This document shows, one piece after another, positions 13,511 to 26,474 of a stretch of DNA of 64,000 nucleotides. The position numbers and the translations under genes are program-made. The notes below the pieces were generated by a model. The model ran no database searches and was not told the DNA's origin. It saw nothing but the letters and a program-made list of their open reading frames with translations. The stretch is from Octopus sinensis (lineage: Eukaryota). Position 1 is the first letter of the stretch. Each line of letters opens with the position of its first letter. Location: NCBI RefSeq assembly GCF_006345805.1, contig NC_043000.1, forward strand, positions 5,580,001 through 5,644,000, in the 5' to 3' direction.

Positions 13511-13860
13511 TACGTAAGTAGGTATATATATATATATGTATATATATTATATATATATATATAATATATATATATATATAAAACAAATGGATGCATAGAA
13601 AGAACACAGCATAGGAAGTTCATCAGATGGAAAATGAATAAAGGACAACAAAGTATTTTTTAAAAATCAAAGAAAGAAAGGAATGAAGATTCGGTTAATT
13701 AACCATTTTAATGAATCACGTGATATGAAAAGAAGCGAAATGGTTCCGTCAATGAATCCCGCCTCCGTTGACCATAATTATATTGTATTATGTATCACAG
13801 ACTCATTTGCTTACAAATATAAACGCACATATATGCACACGCGTATACACGCACATATGA

Positions 13861-13960
<100 letters not shown>

Positions 13961-14314
13961 ATGTATATATATATACACACACACTTGTGAAATTACAAGT
14001 ATAAAAATAGAGCAGTCTATTTGATTGCAGAGTAACACATGCATACATACATACTACATACATACATACATACATATACATATACATGCATGTGTGTATA
14101 TGTGTGAGTGGAGAATAAGAGAGGGAGAGTCATCAGTTGAGACCAAGAGATTCTCAATATAGAAAACAGTAGCACTCACATGATTTGAACTTACACTCCG
14201 AAACCTTTACGGAGCACCAAGTCCACAGAGTAAAGAGTGGCTATAAGAGAAATATTGGTGAGCATTATGGAGACAATGATGCATATATGTAAATATTGTA
14301 TTATATAAAGTTTA

Positions 14315-14369
<55 letters not shown>

Positions 14370-15039
14370 TATAATACAAATTATAAAAATCATAATATAA
14401 ATTATTGAAATGGAGTGATTTTAATGATTTCAATAATTGATATTATGATTTCTATAATTGTATTCTTATCTTATATGTATCGAATTATAATGTCTATATG
14501 TATGCTATTAAGATTCTCATTTTTGTTAAATGAATAAATAATTGAACATTCCCATATTCTGAAGCTGATGAACCAACTAAATTGTTTCTCCATTTTCTTA
14601 TTTGTATTAAAAATTAATGTTAAAATATTTATTTACCTTCACCCGTTCAATACAATAAATAAGTTAATTGCATGGCAATTAAAAACATTTGTGTATTAAG
14701 AATTTGGGTATGATACCAACAGTATATTGGATAAATACTATCCCTTAGTGGGTTGGATCCATAACCCCTAACTTGTGATTGTTTTGATGAACAATTTTCT
14801 TTCATTAATATTAATAAGGCTGTCAGCATTTTTGACGACATGGGTATGCTAGTAGTTTCATAATGGTATATGTATGCACATGCCTCATGGTTTTCCTTCT
14901 GTAAAGTTTTTTCATAACATGGTGGTTAGTTTCTAATTAAGGAATAAAGGTCCGTAATTAAAATTTTAAATAATACTAATTTACAGAGTCGCAGGAAAGT
15001 CTCATAAATTTTCGCTAACTTTTGCAACCACATGGCTCC

Positions 15040-15310
15040 ACATTTTATCCCACTGAGTGGCACCTTGGACAAATGTCTTCTCTACAGCCCTGGGCCGACC
15101 AAATGTATGTCTTTGTACCTGTTTGTCTCCTACTTCCGTTTGACAATCGGTGTTACGTCCCCCAAAACTTAGCAGTTCGGCATAAAGACCGATAGAATAA
15201 GTATTAGGCTAAAAATAAATAAGTACTGGAGTCGATTAATTCGACCAAAACCCTTTAAGGTGATACTCCAGCATGGCTGCAACCCACAGACTGAAACAAG
15301 TAAAAGGTAA
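15040..15310 (+). mobile_element. Degenerate CORE-type tRNA SINE (core and 3' part)
   Basis: cttggacaaatgtcttctctacagccctgggccgacc...gttcggcataaagaccgatagaataagta...ctccagcatggctgc...gactgaaacaag matches 34678-35117. Confidence 0.8.
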
Positions 15311-15402
15311 ATGGTAAGAAAAATAAAATAAAAGGTTTCATTTAGAAATTGAAATTGCAGCAAACGAGTTAAATGGGTTCCTTCCGGTGGAAGAGAAGCT
15401 AA

Positions 15403-15644
15403 GACTTTTCGTCAAACGTTTTTTCGTCCGACGTTTTTGGTTTTTTTTTTGGTTCAATGATTTTCTTTTTGTCCAACTATCAATTAAATTCTCAATGATT
15501 ATTTGATTTTGATGTTCACCTTGTTTTCTAAAGAGTTTATTTAAAATTGGACAAAATGTCGTCGGACAAAAAAAAATCATCGGACCAAAAGACGTGGACT
15601 AAGTGAAGCCGGACAAAGTGACATCGACGAAAGACGGGTCACGG
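15403..15644. mobile_element. MITE-like foldback with modular subterminal repeats
   Basis: Left half has ttttcgtc/ttttgtcc motifs; right half has the reverse complements ggacaaaa/ggaccaaaa/gacgaaag. Confidence 0.5.
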
Positions 15645-15689
15645 TTGAAAATCCAAGTTAATTCCAACGATTATTCAAACATTGGTAAT

Positions 15690-15900
15690 ATAACAGATGT
15701 ACCAATAATTACGGGTAGGAATGCAAATTTATCATCTGGATAGAGAAGTTATGGACGTTGAAGTAATTGTTCATAAACTACTGTGTTCTTACCATGAATT
15801 CTACTCAATTATCGTCAGCGATGTTAACTCGTATCCGAGTAGCCAATGAGAGACCTTCTTCAATACTAAATCCCAAATATATCAAACCTGTTGTAAATCT
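15690..15900 (-). mobile_element. Old R4/Dong-type RLE-domain fragment
   Basis: Minus-strand translation ..RIHGKNTVVYEQLL.. and LLYPDDKFAFLPVIIGT resembles LLYPDNKFRFIPGIIGS at ~49700. Confidence 0.6.
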
Positions 15901-16149
15901 AGTTTGTAAAAGTTTTGATGGAAATGTTCCACCAATATTTATATATATATTCCCCCGACGGCAGTACTTCCCACGAATGACACTATATATTTTCTTTTGC
16001 AGAGAATGTCATTATGCATTCTTCTATAAATGATATGTATTATGTATTCGTGTATAAATAAGCGTGTATAAACGATATATGCAGGTTTGTAAATATTTAC
16101 GAACGCACACACACACATATATAGTATGTACCTATATGTATATATATAT

Positions 16150-16280
16150 AGCCACTCTGGCAAGGTATGCAGATGATACGAAAGTCTCACAGAAAATACA
16201 GAACCTCAGCCATATTGCACACCTGCAGCAAGAGTTGGACTCAATTTACAGATGAGCTGAGGATAATAAAATACAGTTTC
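16150..16280 (+). mobile_element. CR1/L2-group LINE RT fragment
   Basis: ATLARYADDTKVSQKI..LQQELDSIY (YADD motif) directly after (TA)n. Confidence 0.75.
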
Positions 16281-16594
16281 GATGAAAATTTTCAAAAACC
16301 TTTTCGAATATTTTGATGAAAATTTTCAAAGAACATTTTGAAAATTTTGATGAAAATTTTGAGCCTACCTCACGGCAAGAGGTGCAAATGAGGGTAGCTA
16401 TATCAAACTCCATTCTTCATCGAGTGCCACATATTAGAGGAGGCTCCTAGTAATAACAGTGTAGCGCAAAACGGCGGTGCATCAGCATGGTCGCAGCTCT
16501 GAGCTGAAACTTTAAAAAAAAAGAAAATATATATATATACATATATATGTATATGTATATATATGTATATGTATATGTATATATATGTATATGT

Positions 16595-16627
<33 letters not shown>

Positions 16628-16631
16628 ATAT

Positions 16632-16662
<31 letters not shown>

Positions 16663-16701
16663 TACATACATACATACATACATGCATATATATATATATA
16701 T

Positions 16702-16735
<34 letters not shown>

Positions 16736-16831
16736 GATATATATATATATAATATATATATATATTATATATATATATATATACGTAAATAAATAATATA
16801 CGTATACATATATATATACATATCTATTATC

Positions 16832-16934
<103 letters not shown>

Positions 16935-17271
16935 ATGTGTGCATACGTATGTATTTATTAAAGTATGCATGCACGTGATACGTATGTAGAAAACAACATA
17001 TATTTTACGCAAGTGCTTATTATCTGGATACCATTGCATATACAAGTACAACATTCTTTGTGTCGCAGTAATCTGATAAAAATTTATTGCTGCGAAGAAA
17101 ACTATTGGAACAAGCATTATTGTGCAGTTAAGATGTCCTCTTTGTAGTCACGTGGTTCACAGTTCAGTGCCTCTCTTCGAGTGTAAGTAAGTACGTACCT
17201 TCAACTATAGATTCTGTGGTTCTCTGATATATTGTAAGTAGAATTTCGTGAACAGAAACTCTGCAGAAGCT

Positions 17272-17303
<32 letters not shown>

Positions 17304-17327
17304 ACACACACACGCCCACGCACACTC

Positions 17328-17330
17328 ATT

Positions 17331-17392
<62 letters not shown>

Positions 17393-17491
17393 CAGATAGA
17401 CAGACAGACAGACAGACAGACAGTTAGACAGACAGACAGACAGTCAGACAGACAGACACAGATAGATAGATAGACAGACAGACAGAAAGAC

Positions 17492-17550
<59 letters not shown>

Positions 17551-17571
17551 CAGACAGCCAGACAGACAGTC

Positions 17572-17610
<39 letters not shown>

Positions 17611-17665
17611 TACATACATACATACATACATACATACATACATACATACATGCATATATATATAT
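17328..17665. repeat. (GATA)/(GACA)/(TACA) compound tetranucleotide array
   Basis: Seen directly. Confidence 0.95.
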
Positions 17666-17829
17666 ATAAACACACATCAGTAAAAAAAAACAGAATATAA
17701 ACGGAAGCTGTGGGGAATTTGTGTCGGGAAGATTTGTATCGTTTGGAAAATGCAACTCTCGAAGTGCAGTGAAATTGCCATGGAGAATGGAAATAGGCAA
17801 CGTTTTGGACAGAGTACTTCTTTAATGTA

Positions 17830-18150
17830 GGAGTACGAGTAGTTAAGAAATTCGCTTTGTAACCACGTTGTCTCAGGTTCAACCCCACTGCGTGACACCT
17901 TGGGCATATGTATTTCACGCAAGTCTAGAACTGATCAATTGATCAATAGCTTATGAAGGAAATTGATAGACGGAAACCGTGTTCTAGCCTGTCGTTTATA
18001 TAAGAGCTTACCTGTCTCTATATATGTATGTTTATGAGTGTCTTTCTGTTTGTGTTTCTGCTCTTATCACTTGACACTTAGTATTGTTTTTTTTCATGTC
18101 CCCATTATCTAGCAGTTGGGTAAAAGAGACCAATAGAATATATACCAGAT
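17830..18150 (+). mobile_element. Degenerate CORE-type tRNA SINE
   Basis: ggttcaaccccactgcgtgacaccttgggc...agacggaaacc...gcagttgggtaaaagagaccaatagaata aligns with 34678-35117. Confidence 0.7.
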
Positions 18151-18162
18151 TTTTTAAAGAAA

Positions 18163-18733
18163 TATTGGGCTGTCCGGAAAGTTAAGTGTCGATTTTTAAA
18201 GGAAAGAAAAAGGTCAATAAATACTTGCCATTACATTTTTAATCAACCAAATATGAACCATTTTGTTGCACAATGCGTCTCCATTTTTCCTTTAACTTGA
18301 AAATATCCTCTTCCCAGAGCGGAGGTGGTCTCATGGCAAAGGATTCATCAAGGTATCTTTTTACGTCATCCAAGGAATTGAAATTTTTACCATTAAGACT
18401 ATTCTGCAGAGACCTGAATAAGTGGAAATCCGAAGGAGCAATATCTGGTGAATGTGGAGGGTGGGGTAACACATCCCGGTCGAGCCGCAGGAATTTTTAT
18501 CTGGTTCCCAAAGCATCAAGTGCCGAAAATGAACCTTCTTATCTTCCATTTTAAAGGGTTACAGAATTAACACAGGTTATAGGAACATAAACCTGCTTCC
18601 ACGAAAAGATAGCTTAAATTGTGCTCTAAATGGAGGTGTAGTCAAATCCTATTTTATGGACTCAACCACGTTCTAAAATAAATCGAAAGGTAAGCTACTA
18701 TAAATCGGCATGAACTTTATGGTCAACCCAATA
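18163..18733 (-). mobile_element. Internally deleted mariner transposon with imperfect TIRs
   Basis: Minus strand: N-terminal EDKKVHFRHLML fused to LPHPPHSPDIAPSDFHLFRSLQ..W..IV..NG.Y; TA-bounded TIRs tattgggctgtccggaaagtt..cgattt (18163) and aaatcggcatgaactttatggtcaacccaata (ends 18733). Confidence 0.88.
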
Positions 18734-19735
18734 TTATTATTAAAGTTTCGCTTGTACAGATTTTGTTCAGTATGAGATGCAACATATAGGTGGGTGATGT
18801 GTACGCATGATCTAGGTCTTATGTCTTAAGGTCAAATCTTATTTTATGGACTCAACCATGTTCTAGTCGAAAGGTAAGCTACTATAAATCGGTACGAATT
18901 TTCCAGACAACCCACTACGTACTCGAATCGACTTATTCGACTAAACTCTTCAAGGCAGTGAACCAGTATAGCTGAAGTCCAATAAATGAAACAAGAATAT
19001 TTATTGCCTGGTACTGATTCTTGTAGTTTGCACTTGTATTTTTTCTATGAGTGCATATCTTTCCTACTCGACAACGATACGTATCCATGTAGTCTTGATT
19101 GTAATCGGAACCAAAGTAGTTTGAAATAACTGATCAAAATTTATTTGGACTTCTATTATGCATACCAAGAATAAAGAATTTTAAGGATTGTATTTATTTT
19201 TCAATGATGGAATGTTTTTCTCTAATGTTTTTGTTCGTATCACATGTCGAGTAATTTATTTTTATATTTCTCCATAGGAGTTCTACGTGTTTGCAAAGAA
19301 TTTACTGCCTGAAGACAGAAATTCAAATCGGCAGTTGTATGTTGGAACAATATAACAGCAGAAAGCTCTTCAACACAAGAACGCACCTTTCTCGTTTATG
19401 CTTCAAGTAAAATTTGTTCCTGAAGGAAGTATATCCGAACAATGAGATTGTATAATAATTCGGTACATTTCAAATGCAATTTATAAGAACACAGAGAACA
19501 AAACAGAATATTTCCTGAAGACTAAGCTTAGAGAATTAAAAGGGTGTGATCAGAGGAAAAAATTAAATAAATCAGGAATGGTAAAAATGTAGATTGGGGG
19601 AGAATGACAGAACGGGACAAATAAAATTTCCATAATTGGAAGAGAATCAAACTGAAATATGATCGAGACAGCTGGATTCATAATACTAATGAGAGAGAGT
19701 CAATAAACTGAGGGACTGCTTGACATTGACAAAGC

Positions 19736-19776
<41 letters not shown>

Positions 19777-19929
19777 ACACACACACACACACAGGTGTGT
19801 TTGTGTGCAAGTATATATATATATATATAATCTTATACTTGTTTCAGTCATTAGATGTAGCAATGCTGCAGCACCGTCTTTAAGAATGTTTAGTCGATTG
19901 AATGAACCTTAGTACTTTGGTTAAAAGTC

Positions 19930-20460
19930 TATCGGATCATTTGTAGAACAACTAAGCATGCTTTGTTCATGAGGGATTTTCACTTTGTTAAGTAACCGTT
20001 TTGAACGGATGAGACGGTTTTCCTGTGTCATTGCAGACACGAATTGACCTTTCCTCATTACATAGGATGGTTCTGATAGTCCACTCTGACATCTGAAGTT
20101 CTTCAGCAATGGCCCTCATTGATCTTCTGGTGTTTTCATCGATAATGTTTTGAACATAGTGTATAAATTCCGGGGTCCTTTTAGCGTTTGAGCGTTGTGA
20201 ATGCTTTTTTCTTTTTGATACAGGTGAAACATTACCATCACATGCTTCCAATTCCCTAATGAACTTTGTGTACAAATGACCGAGCAACATTTAAAAAGTT
20301 GTTCATTTCTACGTCACTGTGGTTTGCATTAAAAAGCAACTTTGACTGCATGTTTTTTTCATTTTTTGAGATAGCATGAAATCTGAAAGAGCTACCTGAA
20401 AAAAATGTTACCTTACATAATTTGAAGAACTAAAAATAAAATGTCCTCAAATCCTCCTCC
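19930..20460 (-). mobile_element. maT/DD37D-like (Tc1/mariner superfamily) transposase N-terminal fragment
   Basis: RTPEFIHYVQNIIDENTRRSMRAIAEELQMSEWTIR and SYVMRKGQFVSAMTQENRLIRSKRLL (HTH and linker region). Confidence 0.72.
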
Positions 20461-20480
20461 TCACACTCTGTGTATATATG

Positions 20481-20534
<54 letters not shown>

Positions 20535-20535
<1 letters not shown>

Positions 20536-21283
20536 CTTAGAATAACTTAGAAAGGTTTTGGCCAGTATTGGCCCAGGCCATGTCTAACTTAATAGCACCA
20601 CCTGGCGAAGTCTTTCAATTCAGGATTTGGGCACCGAGGCCCATTCGAGCAGACAGTTATTATTTGCGGAGACATATCCGGGTGTGGGTGGTTTGTCCGG
20701 GACTGTTTGAAGGAATTTGTCCAAAGACTTCTTGAATTTTGTGTGGTCAGTTTCTGTTTTGACGTGTCCTGGTGTAATGTTGAAGAGAGTGGGTCCAATT
20801 GAGGTGAAATAGTTGTGCCGTATTGTCGTTATGTGATGCGATTTAGATTTTTGTTGTGGACGGATGGCACGTGGTCCAAGCCTTGGATGTATTTTGAAGG
20901 TGATGCCAACATCATTCGGACAGTGCTGATGGAATATTTTCCACATCATACAGATAATGTAGCGTTCACGGCGTCGTTGGAGTGAATACAGTTTCAGCTT
21001 CTCTAGTCTACCCCAGTAGTCAAGGTCTGACATGCCATCTATCTTTTTTGTGATTGACCTTTGGGGAGCTTCAATTCTCATAATATTTTGTTTTGTGTAG
21101 GGAGACCACAGTGGACAGCAGTATTCAAGGTGGGGTCGGGCAAAAGTGGAGAAGAGAAGGATAATGGTGTGGGAATCTCTCGACTGGAAGGTTCTGAGAA
21201 TCCAGGATCGCATTCTGCGGGCTATGTCAACTTTGCTGCTTATATGTGTAGCCCAGCTTATGTTGTTGTCCACTGTTACTCCC
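20535..21283 (-). mobile_element. 5'-truncated CR1/L2-group LINE, with 3' end of ORF2, 3' UTR and tandem tail
   Basis: Open frame [40 protein letters not shown]; 3' hairpin ggccaatactggcc; tail (TTCTAAGTTA)2; TA-rich microsatellites on both sides; same family as 50545-54922. Confidence 0.92.
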
Positions 21284-21300
21284 ATATATGTATATGTATA

Positions 21301-21357
<57 letters not shown>

Positions 21358-21426
21358 GTATGTATGTGTGTATGTATATGTATATGTATGTATGTTTGTA
21401 TGTATGTATATATACATACTGATATA

Positions 21427-21457
<31 letters not shown>

Positions 21458-21504
21458 GTGTATTATATGTATATGTATATGTATGTATGTATATATACAT
21501 AGTG

Positions 21505-21627
<123 letters not shown>

Positions 21628-21638
21628 ATATATATATA

Positions 21639-21815
21639 AGGCGCAGGAGTGGCTGTGTGGTAAGTAGCTTGCTAACCAACCACATGGTTACGGGTTCAGT
21701 CCCACTACGTAGAATCTTGGGCAAGTGTCTTCTGCTATAGCCCCGGGCCGACCAATGCTTTGTGAGTGGATTTGGTAGACGAAAACTGAAAGAAGCTTGT
21801 CGTATATATGTATAT
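21639..21815 (+). mobile_element. CORE-type tRNA SINE (5' half)
   Basis: aggagtggctgtgtggtaagtagcttgc..gggttcagtcccact..cttgggcaagtgtcttc, nearly identical to 34678 onward. Confidence 0.88.
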
Positions 21816-23549
21816 ATATATATATACATACATACATACATACATACATACACACTTTGTAGATGAAAGAGGAAAGGGATACTCAACATATATTGTAGGC
21901 TATACATTTTTTTATTTATATTTTATTCTTTTGTTTGTAACTGAAATTTTCCAGTTCGGGCAAAATCTTTTGGTGTTCAGGTATTTCGGGTTCGTTTTAG
22001 TCTTATATATACTCTTTTTTCTCTCTATAACTATTGTTCGCAGCGGCTAGTTTCCAAATGCTGTGCTATTATTGTTGCCGTTTCATTTGCCAGTTCGTTG
22101 ATTGCTTTTTACTTCATTAGTGAGCTTTCTTGTTGTTCATCTGCAGTTCATATTTCATCTACTCTTTTCCAAAAATGACTTATCAATATATATTGTTAGT
22201 GATTAGTGATTTCAGTAGTCATTAGTTCTCTTTTTGATGATTTCGTGGCCGTTTTTGCCAGGTCATTTTGCTGCGTTGGCTACTTGTTCATCGCTTGTTC
22301 ACCGACCAGTTCAGTAGTAGCCGTAAGTCTGTCTGTACATTACACATTTCATACCCGGTTTTTCAAAAGCTGTTATTCTATCAATTTCACAGATTGATAA
22401 TATATCTGAAGTCACTAAAGTTGTTTTGATATACTCAGGAGAAGGGTAAGGAGTAATCTTTATATCCAATATATTTAAACTGGCACTATTTTTTATACAT
22501 TAATTTGGTGGTGATTTTTTTTTGTTGTTGTTCTTCTCTGATGTTGTCTTCTCTGAACTTCACTTTTGGTACATCACTGATATTTAAGTTATGTCATCGA
22601 TTGATATCTAAGAGATAGAGGCGAAAGCAACTCAAAAATAAAATGTAGCATCTCTGCAAAGGCGAATCCCTAAAATGGATTTATGTTAGTAATTTATGTT
22701 CAGTTGAGAAGCCCAAATTAATGGTCAAAAACTAATGGAGGTCCATTTACAATAATTTACTAGGCAAGTGCTGGCGCCACCGTAATCGATACTAACCATA
22801 TTCCAAAATAAAATTCACCTTTTATCTTATTTTGAAATTATTGTTAACATTCTTATCAATCTACTATCAAATAAAATAAATCATATTTAATAGCTGAATC
22901 CAACCCTGTTCCGATCAATATTAGATTGAAACATGCCCAGAATTATCTCCCGTACCTACCGAAGTACTGAAATTATGAAACTCATTTATTGGCTAATATT
23001 TACTCTTTTTACCTCATTCCGCTTTGTTATTTCCAGTCAGCCATTTAATCCATTAAATGTTAACTTTGTTTTAACTTTTATTTTTCATACTGGGGACATC
23101 TCCGTGTTATTTCTTCACAGAGCAATTCTAATTTCGTACGCTAACCAGTGTACAGTTTTTGTACATTTGCTTACTAATGCATTCAACACTCGTATTTCAG
23201 CAGATACTTTGAAGTCTACGCTTCTTTGATGCGGTCATAATAAGAATTAAGCATGTCCAGCGTTGACTCTATTGTTTACCGAAATAATAAAACTCTTAGT
23301 CATTGCTTAGTACTGTTTATTCCTCGTCACATAACTATTCCTAGTTCGTTTTTCAATGTTACCGATATTAAATACGCTAGCACTAATTTATAGTTAGTCA
23401 AAACGTTTGCCACAATGCATCACCTTCCTATCTTTTCACTGCTGGTTAGCAACGATGCGAAATAGAGACTAGAGCACAAACATTTGATTTGTTTTGCTTT
23501 ATCAATGCGTAACCTCACCATCAATAACTCCAAGATAATACCTCTTTGT

Positions 23550-24000
23550 GGTGACATGGTGAATGAGTACCATCTACCCCCAGACTAAACTTATCAGAGA
23601 CTTGGTGTTAGTCTCTCCTTCCCCGGAGATACGTCTTCCAGATCTACGGAGACAACCCCCTTCCGTTCACCAACAGGCTCATAGCAAAATAGTGCCTCTG
23701 CTTTGTTGTTGTGTCCGGCTTCAATAAGTCTAAGAGAGTAAACGCTGAAAGAAAATTTGGAGTATGGGCAGGCTTGTGCTATACTCAGCACTACTCTGTA
23801 GCTTCTATAGTCAATCTATTACCAAACGTATCGTCCCTACATGCTTTCTGTGGATAATACCCACAACACCAAGGAGATTCTGATACTTGGTCAACCTAGT
23901 TTCTCTCTATTGCCCTGGCTAATGTCCTGGGGAGGAAACTCAAGCTTTGCTACAAATGCAACACAGTTACCAATAATATATGTATTCAGCTACAGAGGCG
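23550..24000 (+). mobile_element. Possible ancient LINE RT C-terminal relic
   Basis: Weak frameshifted motifs (..RDLGVSLS.., LFTKRIVPT..WIIPTT). Confidence 0.3.
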
Positions 24001-24470
24001 AATAGCTAAATGCTGGAGTTTGTTACCCACGGCAGGCAATGCTATTTAACTTCATTGAATATCTACTGCTCCTCTGAAATTAAGCATCCTTCAACTAGTA
24101 AGATGCTGTTCGCTCACTGTTCACCTCCTTCATTTAGGTAGACGAGACGATACTCTCTGAAAATGAACAAACTAAAACACACCAAGCAACAACATAAAAC
24201 ATCAACAAAGAACACCAGCGTTGTGTTCAGAAAGCGCAAGAAACCAATAAATCAGGATCGGTGCTAAACAATTCGTACGATAACAACTGGCTTTACTAAA
24301 TTCCTTCGAACCATTAATGAGATTCGCAATACAGTTTTCAAGTAGATATTGCTACTCGTCATGTGACCTGTGTCAATATTGTTAAAAGACTAAGAGAAGC
24401 AGATTATTTATTCTTGAAACAATTAAAATGGAACTTGAAAAATTTGAATACGATACTGGGTTCATTATCA

Positions 24471-24550
24471 AGAGTACAGGGTTCCAATCTGTATCGTCAG
24501 AGTACAGGTTTCCAATCTGTATCGTCAGAATACAGGTTTCCAATCTGTAT
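24471..24550. repeat. 28-bp tandem repeat, about 3 copies
   Basis: agagtacagg(g/t)ttccaatctgtatcgtc x2 plus a third partial copy. Confidence 0.92.
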
Positions 24551-25194
24551 ATGCTGGTCGTCAGATGGACACATCAATTTTCTTTGCATCTATGTCAGAT
24601 ATGGGTGGCCTTTTTTGTAAAGCGAACCGCACGAGACATGGATCTTCAACAGGCGGGTAGTTTAGGTGTGTCATTCAGAAAATATCACGGTTCGCAATTT
24701 ATCCGTGTCTGATCTATATCCTTACACTCACACCTGTCGATGATGACAAAAAAATGTCGGTAGCCAAAGAGAGAGACGCAACAAACAGTTACTAGAAAGA
24801 ACCCTGAGGTAACTTCAAAACCAAATTCGGCGATGATAATGTAGCGTTACTCACGATGGTGTTAAGATCAATTACGATGATCAACGCTGCCATGACTTGT
24901 GATCTTGTCACAATTTAATTTTCGACAAAGTTCCGTTATTCACTGCCGTTGCACAAGTACAAAATGGCATTTCTCTACTAATATCTTTTATATTTTTATA
25001 TACATGCTTTACATAAGCATAAGTCAGAGCCTGTCGTTTCTCTACCTATTCGAAAATCCCTATCTATGTCATTACTAGATGCATATCTACGTTACTCAAG
25101 CAATTTGCTTCAAATATATTCGAGCCGATCTTAAAGTTAGTTGGACTGGTTTATTAACTCAGATCTGTCAGTCGGAAGTAAATATTGCGAAGGT

Positions 25195-25490
25195 TTAGGG
25201 CCTCCGTCGGTCATGGCTGACCATGGATGATGTCATCCGTCCGTTGAGTTGTCTATTCAGTCTTTGCAGCACCTCCTGTGGCTGTAGAGACCGATGCGAG
25301 AGTGGAAGTCTCGTTTGCAGAGGTCACACCTATACGTTGAATCCGGTCTGTTGGCTGTCATTTCTTTTCTGCTGTCTCGGTTTTCAGCTGCCGCCATCCT
25401 CGCCGGGCTGCAGTTGTTTGTGAAGAGTACCTCTCCAGCTGGTTCGGTCGGCTGCGAGATCCTCCCAGGAATTGGTGTTGATGTAGTCTT
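25195..25490 (-). mobile_element. RTE-clade LINE 3' end
   Basis: Minus strand: INTNSWEDLAADRTSWR..YRCDLCKRDFHSRIGLYSHRRCC* (C2H2), followed by a 3' UTR stem catgg-tcag-ccatg. Confidence 0.88.
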
Positions 25491-25964
25491 AAAATTATTC
25501 GTAATATTGCAAGTTTCTTACATAATGCAAATATTTTATATAATCCATATCTAATTCCATAAATATATTTATAACATTACAGATATATCATATTTGTCGT
25601 ACAATCTATGTTTGCTTTGTTAAATATGTTTGAGACATTACAAATAATGTAAATTTGTTAGGTAACCTAAATTTGTTTTGTTAACCATGTGTATAATATT
25701 AAATTAATGTAGATTTATTCAATCATTTATATTTATTATATAATCCAAGGTTGTGTTGTTTACAGATATTTATGATATTAGAAATTAAAAAAAATTTTTT
25801 TTACATGTGCCCAGTTTGTTTTAGGATTAAGGTTTGTTTTATAAACTAAGTTTCTTTTGTTAAACATATTTACCATCTTACGTATGCTATGTTTTTCTAA
25901 TAACCTTAGGTGTGCAAAATAATCCGGTTTATTTTGTTAAATATGATATTGGTTTCAAATTTTG

Positions 25965-26160
25965 GTACAAGGCCAGCAAGTTCGGGGGAGGGGCTAAGTG
26001 AATTATATCGCACTTAGGCCCAACAGGTACTTATTTTATCGACCCCGAAATGATGATAGGTAAAATCGACCTAGGCGGAATTTAAACTCAGAACGTGAGG
26101 GTGGGTGAAATGCCGATAAGCATTTTGCCCGGCATGCTGACGATTCTGCCAGCTCTCCGC
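25965..26160 (-). mobile_element. tRNA-derived SINE (family of 46447/62821), diverged
   Basis: Shares the tttatcgaccccgaaa..aatcgacct.ggcggaattt.aactcagaacg core and the head. Confidence 0.8.
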
Positions 26161-26282
26161 TTTAAACATGCTTACAATACTGCAAGTATTTCGGGTTTGT
26201 AAAATAATCAGATTTTGTTCTATAAATCCAGGTTTGGTGCATATTCCTATTTTGTTAATGTAGTCTAGGTATATTATTTAGA

Positions 26283-26419
26283 TTATTTACATTTGACGAA
26301 TATTTGTCCTCATCTTGTTTGTTGTTAACACAACGTTTCAGCTGATATACCCTCCAGCCTTCATCAGGTGTCTTGGGGAAATTTTGAACCTGGGTTCTCA
26401 TTCCTAAGGCATTTTTCGA

Positions 26420-26474
<55 letters not shown>

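Noticed and set aside
14440-14900. Mitochondrial insertion (NUMT)
   Set aside because: AT-rich, but the frames I translated gave no recognisable mitochondrial protein, even reading TGA as Trp.
19278-19406. Selenocysteine read-through of the in-frame TGA (also at ~14647)
   Set aside because: No selenoprotein-like context or SECIS evidence; a simple stop or a non-exon is more parsimonious.
21990-22330. Possible degenerate Dong N-terminal fragment on the minus strand (KAINELANETATII)
   Set aside because: Similarity is too short and stop-ridden to support a call.
24471-24550. CRISPR-like 28-bp hairpin repeat
   Set aside because: The units are contiguous with no spacers, the context is eukaryotic, and there are no cas genes.
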